A DNA stretch of 64,000 nucleotides from Schmidtea polychroa (lineage: Eukaryota): the NCBI GenBank assembly GCA_044892525.1, contig CM097885.1:59272001-59336000 (forward strand), written 5' to 3'. This document shows positions 24,768 to 38,449 of this stretch, piece by piece. The notes beneath the pieces are model-generated. The model was not told where the DNA came from. It did no database searches and saw nothing but the letters and a program-made list of their open reading frames with translations. Both the position numbers and the translations under genes were made by a program. Positions within the stretch are counted from its first letter, which is position 1. Each line of letters opens with the position of its first letter.

Positions 24768-25974
24768 GTATGTATAATTATGAAAAGTTTATTAAATTTT
24801 AATTAAAAATTATGAAATGGCCGTTTAACATTGAGGGTGGTACTTTGGTGTTCTCATATTTTGAAGGCGATTGGTTAATCCAAACTATGACTTTTGCAAA
24901 TTCGTGTCAAGTAAATTTTTTTGACCATGAATTTCATGGCATGAAATATGATATAAACCTAAGTTCGACTGTGCGTACGGAACGTACGGTAATTTTTATG
25001 CGGAAAGACATACTATACGCGTATAACCTTTAATTATAAACGTTGTAAACGTTAGAAAAATGAACATTTCTTGATTTACAATGTGAAGTCAAAACGCAAG
25101 TAACACTTCTCTAATGAAAAACATTTTCACTGCATAAATTTATAGTTTCGATTTCATTTGTAAATTCAGCTATTTTTGAATAACTTTCATCTTCAATGTC
25201 CATAAACTCATCTCCTAATTCGTGTTTTGTACGGGTATTATCCTAGCTTCTCCGTTTAGTAAAACTTTCTTTATCGCTTCATTTTGATCAAGGTTGGATA
25301 AATTTGACAGATATCTTAAATTAGTGATAGTACAGGTGTTGCATCTTTCTTGAAATGTAATAGTGCCATTACAATATCACCCCCAACAACTCCTTTCACT
25401 GAAATGTCTAGATCACATTCTTCTATACTAAGTCCATCAGATTGTAAAATAGATGGCTTCATTTGCCAAAGATTAACAAATTCTAATAATTCTGTTTGGT
25501 TTTTATCCATTTTAGTAAAACTATAACTAAAACTCAAAATCATCTTGAAAATAAAACATTTATCGTTCCTTCATTTTTGGCCAATATTACCAGACATTTC
25601 AATTCAATTACTTCAATTCGTAAGCCACAAATAAAACTGAACACTAACTAAATAAAAATAAAAATACAAACGCCACATGACCAGATGTCGCCCACGAAAG
25701 ACCAACTCCACTTTATGACCACAAAGGTCAGAAATGAGTAAGACATGCCCAAGAAATAGAAAAAAGAAAATTACAGACAGCAACCTCAACTCTAAAAGCC
25801 TTACTAAAGAAAAGCTTAGGATTTTCGTTTTCCAACTTTGAAACTCCACATACATACATATATACAAAATCTATCAGAATTGACCAGGGACAAAGGTTTA
25901 ATATTCATAAAAGTGATTAAAATTGTAGTTATATATAATAAAAATATAAAATTTGTCATTTTATTTTAATTTAG

Positions 25975-26298
25975 AATATCTACAGGTCAGACTCATACAT
26001 CCCGGAATGTCAGAAAATATTTCGGCTGAAGTATTGTTTTATGAAGAAGTTTTGAATTCAAACTTTGATAGGGAAAGTGTCAAACAAAAGGATATTTTGG
26101 AAAATTTTACAGACTCTTTGGATAAAGCAGCAATAGTCTTTTACGGTAGTATATTATCAACGCCGGCACAAGGGAAAGGTGATGTCTTTCAAGTTGTTAG
26201 TTCATCATATCCCGATAAAGTATTTTTCTTTTCCTATATCCTGAATTTCTTGTCATGGGAAAGGGTTATAATCATAAATCGACATTTCCGAATTTACG
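25975..26298 (+). CDS. Phase 1-1 exon (108 codons) of the same putative cell-surface gene; beta-rich, no cysteine
   Basis: tttaatttag acceptor, gtaatt donor, fully open, in phase with the neighbouring exons. Confidence 0.6.
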
Positions 26299-26794
26299 GT
26301 AATTAGTTATTTATTTAGTTATTTGATTTATAAATTTATTACATTGGCCTATTTTTACCTATACATATGGTGAGCATACACCTTTTATTTAAGAGAATAG
26401 TCGTTTAATCCACTGTTATTTTCGTAATAAATGTTATAAACTTATGAAATTTATAAGGCATTTTTTAATTTTCTTCGATATGTCCTTTATTTTCCCAAAA
26501 CGATTATGGTGACCTTACCTATACATAATAAATGTAAATGTAAAATAAATATATAATATCATAATATCAACATATATAATTACCATTGTACGTACGTATC
26601 GTGTGTTCATACGTACGTTATCAGCATATATTATTATAAAAGTAGTGACTTCATTTAATTTTTATTCAATATATGAATGAATAAATTAGAATGAATAGCT
26701 CAAAATATGAAAACAATATATGTATATTGTTTGGTTTGAATTATAAATGACTCATTCAAATTCTAACATGGTGATAACACCGTGACCAATAATG

Positions 26795-29400
26795 CAGTTA
26801 AGGCGAACTGGGCGGTCGCCTATTACAAAATGTGTAATCGCCATTATTAAAAAATAGCTAATAATAAATAACTTTGATTATATTATATAAACTATAGACA
26901 CAGAGTAATATAATAAGATAATTATTGTATTTAAAATAAATCTTTTAATTTCGAACATTGCAGATGGTTATCGAATTTTAATATTGATTTAGAGATCGCT
27001 CCAGCGCATGACGCGGCGTTCTAAAACACGTGAAATTTTGATTTTTAATTCTGCCGAGAACCGTTCTCGGAGAGAACGTACTTTTCGATGTTATTGTTTG
27101 TGTATCATCATTTTTATCGCACACAACGAAATACAAACAGTATAAAATAAAAGAGAAGAATGTATTTCAGAGTTTGATATTATGATGCAAAGCGAATGCT
27201 CACATGAAATTAAATCCAGTACCAGTGCCACGATTAATTATGTAGATTACAATGACTCATGCAACTGGGTAATTTTCGTCAGATTTTATTAAAAAATCCA
27301 CCACATCAAATTATTACATATAATTTTCCCAAAGATTCCAAAAATCGAAAATTTTCTTCAATTCACTACAAGAGAAAACTAGCCAATGGTGAAGAAGTAT
27401 ACCGTTCATGGTTGATATATTCAACTATAAAAGATGAGGATTTTTGATTTGCTGCAAGTTATTTAACAAAAACAGCTCTTCAATCCTAGAAGAATCAGGA
27501 TCAAAAGACTGGAAAGATATTGGAGCAATTCTATCTTCACATAAAAGGAATACTTTCCATTTAAACAACTTTCAGACGTGGAAAGAACTTGATGTGCGTA
27601 TATTCAAAAAAAACAATTGATAATATTAACCAGCAGAATATCAAAGAACAATATTGGCGGCAAATATTTGAACGTTTGATCGCTTAGATCAGAGTACTTG
27701 CCACTCAAAACTTAGCATTTCGTGGAACAAATGAAAAGTTGTACAATAACAACAACGATAATTTTTTGAAGTTTGTAGAATATCCAGCCCTCTTCGACCC
27801 TGCAATGAACGAAAATTTGCGCAGAGTCAAAAATCAAGACATTATGGTACATTATCTGGGAAAAGATATTCAAAATGAACATATGCAGATCCTAGCAGGA
27901 GCTATTAAAAATAAAATTTTGTCACTTGTGAAATTGGCAAAATATTACTCAATTATTTTGGATTGCACACCAGACGTTAGTCATATTGAACAGATGACTA
28001 TGATTATACGTTTTGTTGATATTATCAAACCGTTAGATAGTGAGATATTCGAGCCTGCAGTAATAATGAGAGAACAGTTCCTAGTATTTGTTTCATTAGA
28101 AGAAACTAATGGGGCATTCATAACAGAAATTTTGATTAAAAAGCTTGAGCAAATGGAATTACAAATTGAAAATCTCCGTTGGCAAGCGTATGATAATGGA
28201 AGTAATATGAAAGGAAAAGAAAAAGGTGTACAATACAGTATTCTACACATAAACCCGCGAGCCTTTTTTATTCCCTGAAATGCACATTCTTTAAACTTAG
28301 TTGTTCATGATGCCTCTAAATGTTGGGTAGAAGCGACTAATTTCTTCAGTTTAGTTCAACATATTTATAATTACTTCTCTGCATCGACTCAGCTTTGGCA
28401 TGTGTTTACTAGCCATATCTTGAATTTAACAGTTAAACCATTGAGCAAAACAAGATGGGAAAGTAGGATGCTTTATATGATGCTTTAATGGAGATTTTTG
28501 ATGACCCAAGACTAGCAATACTTCCCTAACGGACGCAAAGGCTCTTGCTGATGCAGTTTGTAAATTCAAGTTTATGGTATCCCTTGTCACATAGTACAAC
28601 ATTCTTAATGAAGTGAATGTTACAAGCAAAATACTACAAAAAGAGGATTCTGCTATAAATTCAGCTACAAAACAACTTCAAGTGACTAAGAATGACCTCT
28701 TAAAATGAAGGAGTGTTAATGGCTTTGAACAAGTTTTAATTGATGCTGCCGAGATTGCAAAGGAATTAGAAACAGAAACGAAATTTGAGCCCGGTAAATG
28801 TAGAAGAAGGAGACATAAACGGCAGTTTGAATATGAAGATCAAGACGAGGCACCACAAGATCCTAAACATAAATTTAAAATAGAATTCTACTACACTATC
28901 TTGGACATGGCTATACAGTCTATTGAAGAGAGGTTCCAACAATTAGAACAACATGATATTTTATTTGGCTTCCTTTATAATATATCCAATATCAACAAAA
29001 AGACATCTGCGGATATACTTACTGACTGCAAACATTTAGAAACGTCTTTGACGCATAAAGATAATAAAGATATTGATTCTTATGATCTTTGTAATAAGTT
29101 TCAAAGCCTTCCAAAGCCGATGTCACTATCAGATGTGCTCCCCTATATAGTACAACAAAAATTGGAAGATTGTGTACCAAATGTTGTTGTTTACTTGAGA
29201 ATAATAGTAGATAGATATGTCCCTTCCACACCATGTCCCATTCACTCCACTACCTACCTTGGAGATTTTTTTTAAAACTCGGAATTTTATAACGAACAAG
29301 AAAATAAATAGTCTATATATAGAAATGGAAATGAGCTCCAAAGTCTCTAACTTCAACATCAAATGCCATAATTTAACATCATTCATAAATTATCAAACAT
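26795..29400 (+). mobile_element. Decayed hAT transposon (ZMYM1-like/Blackjack-type transposase)
   Basis: Fragments include KRKLANGEEVYRSWLIYS, YYSIILDCTPDVSHIEQMT, AYDNGSNMKGKEKGVQ, LKPLSKTRWESR and PNVVVYLRI. A subterminal GGCGAACTGGGCGGTCGCC motif lies at the left end. Confidence 0.85.
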
Positions 29401-29770
29401 AGAAAATCTTATATTATAGAAATAAAATCATATTCTTCAACACACGGTGAGACAATGAACAATAAAATACTTAGAAATTTTGTTTTAAAAAATATGAAAG
29501 TACTTTAAAGTGAAGGTCACACTACTTAGAAATTTTAATATATATTTTAATNNNNNNNNNNNNNNNNNNNNNNNNNNNNNNNNNNNNNNNNNNNNNNNNN
29601 NNNNNNNNNNNNNNNNNNNNNNNNNNNNNNNNNNNNNNNNNNNNNNNNNNNNNNNNNNNNNNNNNNNNNNNNNNNNNNNNNNTGGTTCGTTCAAATTCTA
29701 ACGATATTCTTGGTAAATTTTTATGATCGTAATATTTAAATAGAAATTAAAATTAGAATTTTTATTTTAG

Positions 29771-30058
29771 TCAGGCCAACACTTATCAAAGTTTATCGGT
29801 TTGACAATGATACATCTGTTAACACCTACATTCACATTGGAGAATATATAACAGGAAAATCTGATGCAGCACCTAAATACAGATACATTATACTTTGGAA
29901 AAGTAAATCTATTCAATTTGTATTCCCTGTCGGTGACAAAATTCAAATACCTTTAACAGCAACACCAGGAATAAGCACCATGAATTGTACATGTATACTA
30001 ATTACAAAGGGTCGTAATATTACATTCGCTTGGAAAATATTTACATTTTTTGTTAAAC
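29771..30058 (+). CDS. Phase 1-1 Ig-like exon (96 codons)
   Basis: VRPTLIKVYRFDNDTSVNTYIHIGEY...IILWKSK...MNCTCILITKGRNITFAWKIFTFFVK. ttattttag acceptor and gttagt donor. Confidence 0.6.
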
Positions 30059-30949
30059 GTTAGTAAGAGTTGCAATTATAAATATTAAATTTTAATTGTC
30101 TTGTCAATAAAACTCTGCAACTAATGATTCCCTTTATCTATATTTCTTTTCGGACTAGATCCATATATTTTAACAAATATTGAAAAATTATTAAATATTC
30201 CATATTCACAACATTAAATATTTAAAATTTAAAGTGATTTAAATATCCATGTAAATTTATTGTGTAATAATTTTTTTCCGGTGATAATAGAATTTATCAC
30301 TGTTTCCCAAACTTTTGGTACTGCGTACCACATTGATCATTTTCATTATATAATGTACCCCTTGGGTTTAAATTTTTTTTGGTTAATATCTAAAATTAAA
30401 GTTGAAAAGGAATTATTATGAAACAGTTGGTTTAAATTTAAATAAAGATTAAATTTATAAAATAATTCTAAAAATAAATTTAAAACGAAGCGATTTATAT
30501 TTAATTACATTTATATAAAAGATTTACTTTATGCTTTGATTTTTAATCTTAGTTTATTTTTAAAAATATATTATTGATTCGAAAATATAAACAATAAATA
30601 AAAAACAAGATTATATTTATATTTTTCTGTATTAATAAAATTTTAATAAGACATTTTAATCTAATTAAATTTTTTTTATTTATCTTTTAATATTTAGATA
30701 ATAGAAGATTGAAAAAGCCTTCTTACCCCCAAAAGATCCATCGCGTACCCTGGTTTGGAAAACTTCAATTAAAATAATCTCGAATTTTCTAGAAATGCTG
30801 ATATAAAAAATCAATTGGAATATTTTACTGTTATCAGTAAAATCCATTATTTTTTGATTACTTTTGATAGATTTTTGTTTCATTTTAACAAATTATTTTC
30901 CCAATGTAACATAAATTTTCGACATTGCATTTTTTCAAATGTTATTGAC

Positions 30950-31520
30950 ACTTGAAAGAACAGTTTTTTGAAATTTTGTGTTGCATTGAAAAGATAGTGT
31001 GATATATAGTCGAAATGAAAATGAATGAAATGTTTTAATAATGTTTAGTAAGACAAAATATGATAAATAAGGATAAATATTGAAAGAATAACGAATAGAT
31101 TATGTTAACTTTAGCAGATAAAAATACAGATAAGTATAAATCTGCTGTATAAGATGATTTTCTTAAATATATTGCATGTGTTTTAGATTATCTACTTAAA
31201 ATCTTTAAAGACACATGGGGAATTCTGTACACGTTTGCGTTTCGGAATTATAAAATGATGGAAATGGTCTCAAAGAATTCATTTTTTGCTAGTACTGACC
31301 AATTGAATGATGATGAATTGCTTCAGGTTTCCATATTCCTATAGAAGGAATTCATTAAAATCTTCAAAAATATTACGGTGATTAAATACAACGATGTTTC
31401 GATGCATTCTGTAGGAAGAAAATTTATAAGGACATTCTCATTTTTTGAATTTTTTTCCAAATACAGAGATATAGAGTGCCGTAATCGACATGATACAAAA
31501 ATGTAATGTATGTAATACAC
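30950..31520 (+). mobile_element. Possible degenerate DNA transposase C-terminal relic
   Basis: Decayed coding-like sequence (DFLKYI..VLDYL.K.F...). Family not identified. Confidence 0.3.
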
Positions 31521-31880
31521 AGTGTGATATATTGATAAAATGTTTACAAAAGTTATTTAATTTTAATTTAAAAAGTTTTGAAAATAGTCCATCATTACCC
31601 AAATGAACGCATGTGATACGGCCGCTATAATATCGCCCGAACGCAACAAGCCGTATACCGTATGTTCAGGTACAAAAAAATATATATTTGATAAAATATT
31701 ATAACAGAAATTATTCGGTGACATCTAATGAAAAAAAACGATGTTTTTTTTACCTAATTTATGAATCATAACCCAAATTTTAAAATTGATTTTTAATTTA
31801 AAATTGAAAAAAATTAAAATTTCAAAACTATAAAAACAACCTTAATTTTCTTTCATTTTTAAAATAAAAATTTTATTTAG

Positions 31881-32129
31881 TTTTCGAATATTTGGAATGG
31901 AATAATACAGATAATATAATTAATGATAATACGGCAATCGCGTGCTTGGCACTGGCGTACATTGACTACCAATTAAGTATTGTACAACTTTTTGGTCCGT
32001 CCCAAATTAAAGTGACTAAAAATTATATAACCATTGAAAGTTCTCAAGGAGGATCTTATGAATTTGTTTGTTACTTCCTTTCAACACTCGGTTATCAATA
32101 TTCCTCTTATCTAAATTTTAAACTAAGAG
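31881..32129 (+). CDS. Phase 1-1 Ig-like exon (83 codons)
   Basis: FEYLEWNNTDNIINDNTAIACLAL...YITIESSQGGSYEFVCYFLSTLGYQYSSYLNFKLR. Paired B- and F-strand cysteines; ttttatttag acceptor and gtataa donor. Confidence 0.65.
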
Positions 32130-32727
32130 GTATAACGTTTTATTTTCATTATTACTAGATAATTATAATTTTAAAAGTTATATCCCAGTGTAGTTAGATA
32201 AAACCGAAACCATTAAAATAATATTTAATATTAGTATGTTATCTTACCAATGTTACCTTCAAGTTTCAAATGAACTCTAAATTATTCTTTCCCAACTGTA
32301 GGTCGTAGAACGCCTTGGGACTCTTCACAAATATCGAAATATTTTTAAATTTAAATTAATATTTTTATTAGATTTTAAATAACAACGATAAAATACAATT
32401 AAATAATAATAATAATTTTAATTAATTATTGAGTTTGTTCAACAATTAATTATCTGACTCCCTGCGTTCGATATTGCTGTTAAACAAGGCTCGCTTTGGA
32501 ATCAGATTAATAACTGGCAACAACCCCAACAATTTAATTTTCCAATCTTGATTTGAATTTATGACCTCTTCTTGTATATCACATAGATTTGGACGATTGA
32601 TATCGCTAGAATTTATTTGTAACATTGAAATTTCTAATAAATGATTAAATTTTCAGATTTTTTATTTCTTGTTTATTCTCACATTTTATGTCTCTTTACT
32701 TTTTCCTTCTGGTTTAATAGTTTAGCT

Positions 32728-35066
32728 CAGTGATTCTTAACCTTTTGGGGGTGTGGAGCACATTTGATTTTATAATATTTTCCCGGAGCATCAGAACTAA
32801 TATATCAATTCCAGTAATAATAAATAAATTTAATTATTAAAAACAACAATACTTATTCTTAAAATATTAATGTGATATTTGAGCCTGACGAGTCTTACAT
32901 ATTTTACCAATATTAGCCTGATTTGGAATATTGCTACCCTCATTTCCTCTTCTATGTCTTTAAGTCTTTCTCGTTTTTTATTTTTAATATTGTTCAATGT
33001 TGAGAATCCAAATTCAGAGAGATATGAGGGGGAAAATTGCAATAAAATCTTAAGAACTTTTTTAGATAGAGATGGAGTCAAAATCCAAAAATTTTCAATC
33101 GATATTTCTGTGGACTTCATTTTGAGAGAGCGATCTGTAGTCTTCTTCCTGTAAAGATAATTCTGTATTTGAAGATTCAAATATATCAAACGGGTTTCGT
33201 ATCCAGTCATAGGATTCTAATTTAAGAGATGGAAAGTAAAACGCGATTTTTTGATCTAATATTGTTAGATGTTGTATAATTGCAGGAACAATATCTGTAA
33301 TATTTTCCGTTTGAATTGAATGAAACATATCAAATGAGTTTTTTACTGTTATTCTACTTTTCTAGTACAACATTTTTTTGTTAAATGCTAGCATTTTGTC
33401 TGTGGATGTTAAAACATTTTCATTTTTTCCTTGAATAATTGTATTCGGTGAATTTAGGTATTTGAAAATATCGGCTAAATATGCTAATTTAGCATACCAA
33501 ACATCATTTTCAAGAAATTTAGCAAATCTATCTATGGCTACATCTTGAAAATATTCCAGCAATTCATCTTTAAGCTCCAATAAACGGCATAAAACTTTAC
33601 CTCGAGACAACCATCTAATTTCAGTATATAAAAGCAATGTTTAAAAATTCATGTCTGTAGAGGACTTGATTTGATATAGTTCACTATTTCTACAGGTTCA
33701 TCTAATACAGATTTTAATGACAGTGGTAATGTTTTTGAAATTAAAGCTTATCGATGTAAAAATCAATGTATAGAGATAATATCTGGATTTTTTTCCTTAA
33801 TTAGTGCCACACATCCTTTAATAAATCCTGCCATTGATGGACATCCATCTGTACAAATTCCTACACTCAGATCCTATGACACTTAAGATTTTTCTAAATA
33901 TGTAGTAATACAGTTAAAAATATCTTTTTCTGTTGTGTTTGGTAAGCCTCTTTGTAGCAAAGGGATTGATTTATTATTTCCTTTTCATCAATGAAGCGAA
34001 CGAATGTAAGTAATGGGGCTTTGTTGCTAATATCAACAGATTCGTCAATTTGCAAAGCAAAATATGTTTTGAAAGTTTACTATTAACTGATTCTTTAATA
34101 TCATTTGACATGTGCTTTATTCTTTTTTTAATTGTATCATTAGAAAGGGGAATCTTCATTATTTCATTTTTTGCATTATCACCACACATAATGTTAACTA
34201 TTTCACAACATGACGGTAAAATAAAACTTTCTGCTATATTATGTGGTTTTAATTCCAATGTAATTAATTCTGCCACTTTTTATGAGACAAGTTAAGCTTT
34301 TTCAGAAATTGTGATAGCATTTTTAAATCGTTTTGCTTGCTTACTTTGTATATCCAATAGATTGTGAAAATAATCTTTGTTTTTTGAAACTAAATCCATA
34401 TGTTTAGTAGTAAAGTGACGCTTCAATTTAGCAGTAAATAGCACTATTGAACAGCTTTTCACCGCATACAATACATTAAGGTATTTGACAATCACTTTCA
34501 CCGGTCCATGTAAACCCAAAACAAATGTATTCATCAGAATAATGTCTATTAATTTTTTTTTATTACATATGTCATCCGTTGTATTGTCACTTGTAATACT
34601 AGTGAGACTTGTATTTGCTTCATCATTAATATTTTGAATCGAATTACTTTTTGGTTTAAAAAATTTGTCCATGATACTATTTTAAATAAATTTTGAATAA
34701 AAACAAATAAATTTATATTTGCTTACTTTTCGTTACAAAATAGGTAATTGGTTTATATTGCAAATGTTTAATGATTAAAAAAAATAATATATTAAAACGA
34801 ATAAACTTTAATCGTTTTTATATATAATTTTTTTTTACTTTTAGTAAATGGTTAAAAGCAGGTAAGATACTTACTCAATCGATTTTTTAATATTTCTTAA
34901 AAATCGATTCAATTATAAATAAACTGAATAGCACATTTTCTTACAAGTTCACAAAAATTTATGTTCAAATAGCGACACGATTACAAACTTACAAAATTAA
35001 TATATTATAACTTTAATTTAATATAATTTTTGGGCGGAGCATCTAAGATAAAGTTGCGGAGCACAG
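32728..35066 (-). mobile_element. hAT Buster-type (ZBED5/SCAND3-like) transposon, decayed
   Basis: Perfect 8-bp TSD gtttagct at 32720-32727 and 35067-35074; CAGTGATTCTTAACC terminus; fragments LKRHFTTKH, IPLSNDTIKKRI, LLYTEIRWLSRGKVL, YLSEFGFS. Confidence 0.9.
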
Positions 35067-35788
35067 GTTTAGCTTATCAATTCCACTTGGGTACATTTCA
35101 CTGATCATTCTATTATCCATTCGTATTTTCCATTACAATTTAGATTTTTTATAATAACTTGTCGATATAAGGAATCATTTATAACAATATAATTTAAATA
35201 AATAACTAGGTAGACCATCTTGCTATTTAAATAAAATCTGGTGACTTCAAAACTTTTCACCGTTATATTTAAAATTCGTCCCAACCACATAGCTCACCTT
35301 AAAATTCAACTTTAATAACGTTTTTGTTTTTTTCCCATTTAATATTTAATTAATATTAAATTAAAATAATAAATTCAAAGTGTAATTTGTGGTCCCGTAA
35401 AATGTCTTGGAGCTATTCACAGGATATTTCAAAATATTTCAGTATTTCCAAATTGAAATTAATGTTTTATAATAAATGCATTTTTCAACTTCAATAACAA
35501 TAATACATTTACTGTCAACCACGAGTATGCTCTTACTATTTTAAATGTATTTTTATGACAAGCGTTTACCATTGGCAAGCCAGGTTTGACATAAGACATA
35601 AATTTGGGAATGCGAACTGACAGAATTTATTAAAAAAAACCAAACTGTATTTAGAATAATAAACAAAATTTCGAATGCAAATAAAGTTAAATAATTTAGA
35701 GTGGTAACAAATGCTATAAGCGATAGTAATTACAATAAATAATTTATCATATATTTTAAATTTCATAGTACATGTATTTTAATTTTAG

Positions 35789-36064
35789 TTTATGCATCTC
35801 AGATCTGTTTCTTTCTATACGCAAATATAATGGGCTCCATTGTACAATGTAGCCACAATGGCTTTCTTCAAGACGAGTATGAAACAACAGTTAGTTATTT
35901 TACGCTAACCAAATCTGATTATGAACTTAAAGAAGAGAGTCGAAAATATCTTCGAATTCCGTATAATTTAGAACATAAAGGCTACAAGGTTGTTTGCCAA
36001 GTAAAAGGCATAATTAAAATCAACGTATCCATTCAATTCGAAATTAAGAATGAATTATATTTCA
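35789..36064 (+). CDS. Phase 1-1 Ig C2-set-like exon (92 codons)
   Basis: VYASQICFFLYANIMGSIVQCSHNG...YLRIPYNLEHKGYKVVCQVKGIIKINVSIQFEIK. Two cysteines in canonical Ig spacing; ttttag acceptor and gtattc donor. Confidence 0.65.
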
Positions 36065-36519
36065 GTATTCATTATATTTTTGAATTATTTTAAATTTATA
36101 TTTTATTATTTTAAATATTTGGAAATAAATTTATATATTTGATTTTATAAATTAAATATAATGTAATAATCTAATTTTAACTTGTAACTGTTGTTTAACT
36201 GCTTTTAACTGCGATCTCAGCTACTATATTTTTATAACGATTAAAACAAGCAAACATCGACTAAAACTTTTGTAAACAAAATTCTATTTTGGCCCGAGGG
36301 CAAAACATGTAAAACAATTTAATTGTCAACGTGATAACTATAAATTCAAACCTTAGATCCAAATATCCACTTTGAAGGATTTTATAAAAATTAAAAAATG
36401 GTGTTTTTATTATTTAAATTTATTATTTAAAATTTAAAAAACTATTGACAGATGCCAGTAATTTCGCATTAGGCGCGGTATTAGGACAGTAAGTAGAAGG
36501 GGAGAAAATCATGTAATTA

Positions 36520-36728
36520 CTTATACCAGCAGATCATTGAAACCTCGTGAAAAGAAATTGCAACGACCGTTCAAAGGACCATATCTAGTATGCGACACGA
36601 CAGAGACTAATTTAAAACTGCGTCCACAAAACAATAAAAATGCTGGAACAATCATCGTTCATATAAATAGATGCAAAAAGATATTAGCAGAAGATGAATC
36701 ACGTTATCCATTGAGATCAAAGCAATAA
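36520..36728 (+). mobile_element. Gypsy integrase C-terminal (GPY/F) fragment
   Basis: KKLQRPFKGPYLV...IIVHINRCK. Confidence 0.7.
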
Positions 36729-38050
36729 TCGACATATAAATATAACCTATAAAAGGTAGATCTTACTTAAAATTTATGAAATAAAACGAAACAAATTAGG
36801 CTGGACAAAAAATAAAACTTTAAAATAAAATTTTTATTAAACTACTTATTTATTATGAAGTTTTACAAAATTCAAATCGTATTGAAAGGAAATTAATCAA
36901 ACAAAATATTTGAAAATCAAATAAAAACACCTAGTTATATTTTCTCCATTGTTCTTTTGGGTCAGAGTCGAGTTCTCGTATTAAATCAGCATATATCAAC
37001 ATCAGTAAATAGTATTAAATCAGTTCTATCTCAGCGATTGGAGACAGAATTTATTAATAACGGGTTATCGCTATTGAATGAAAATCTAGTGTTAGATTCT
37101 CTTTTAAATGGCTTCTTTTTTTCTCAGTTGCAAATTTAGGAGACCATAAATGAGGTAGAGGCAACAAGAAATATCCTAATTTTAAAATTTTTTTCCAGCA
37201 GCATTTAGTCATAATTACATATTCAAATTTAAATTGAACTATTTCATCAATAATCAAAAACAAATTTCAAAATCAAAAACAAATTTCATCAATAATCAAA
37301 AACAAAATTACAATTCCTATCCAAATCAAACAAGTTTGAAAACATTTGAAAACCATTCTTCCGCTTTGATGCTGAATTTCTATATTCATGTACACAAAAG
37401 TTATCATTTACAAAGTGTTCGAAATTATACTAATTTTCTATATTTTCGAACAATTAAAGCTTTCTGAATTAGAAGACGTTATATTTATTTGATCAATTAT
37501 GCTAATATATAATCTATATTTTAAAACTACTCCGCTGCTGGCATCTATTTTGGAATGAATTTTATTGGGAGATTTGTTGTCATAATATGATAATGAATTT
37601 TTGAGTAGCCAATAGAAATTGATCTCGTCTGTTTTTCTGAAATTCAGACAAATGAATAAGAAAATAAGTAAATAAGAACTAAATCCTACTGTGCTTGTAT
37701 GTGAATAAAACGGGTAGGCTCACGAAATTCGTTCAACTGCCCTGCCCTCTCATGGGCATTTTCGGAGAATAATTGAAAAATTTTTTAATTTTATTAATTG
37801 ATCAGTAAAAATTTATTTTAATTGGAAATTAATTTAAATGGTTTATTTATCTAGTTTAAAAAGAAAAAAATCTATTTTAATAATAGGAAATTAATTTAAA
37901 TGGGTTTTGCTATTATTTATTTAGCTTATAAATATTATCATAATTCAATAACTATTTAATATTATTGTTATAATTATTATATTATTGTGTTCAAAAATTT
38001 ATTTCAGATCTGGTTATTTAGCTTTCTATTTTTGTCAGTTTGTGAATTAG

Positions 38051-38051
<1 letters not shown>

Positions 38052-38121
<70 letters not shown>
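38052..38121. repeat. (TTA)n microsatellite; a degenerate (AAT)n tract lies at about 42440-42555
   Basis: Direct reading of the sequence. Confidence 0.95.
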
Positions 38122-38449
38122 CGATCCCAGAACTGAATAGAAGAAAGATTTTAATANNNNNNNNNNNNNNNNNNNNNNNNNNNNNNNNNNNNNNNNNNNN
38201 NNNNNNNNNNNNNNNNNNNNNNNNNNNNNNNNNNNNNNNNNNNNNNNNNNNNNNNNNNNNNNNNNNNNNNNNNNNNNNNNNNNNNNNNNNNNNNNNNNNN
38301 NNNNNNNNNNNNNNNNNNNNNNNNNNNNNNNNNNNTATTACAAGTAAATAATAAGATAAAATTTTATTTACTTAAATTAATTATTATTATTATATTTATT
38401 AAAAAGAGAATTGGAAGGAAAAAAGTTCTTATAATATTATTATTATCGT

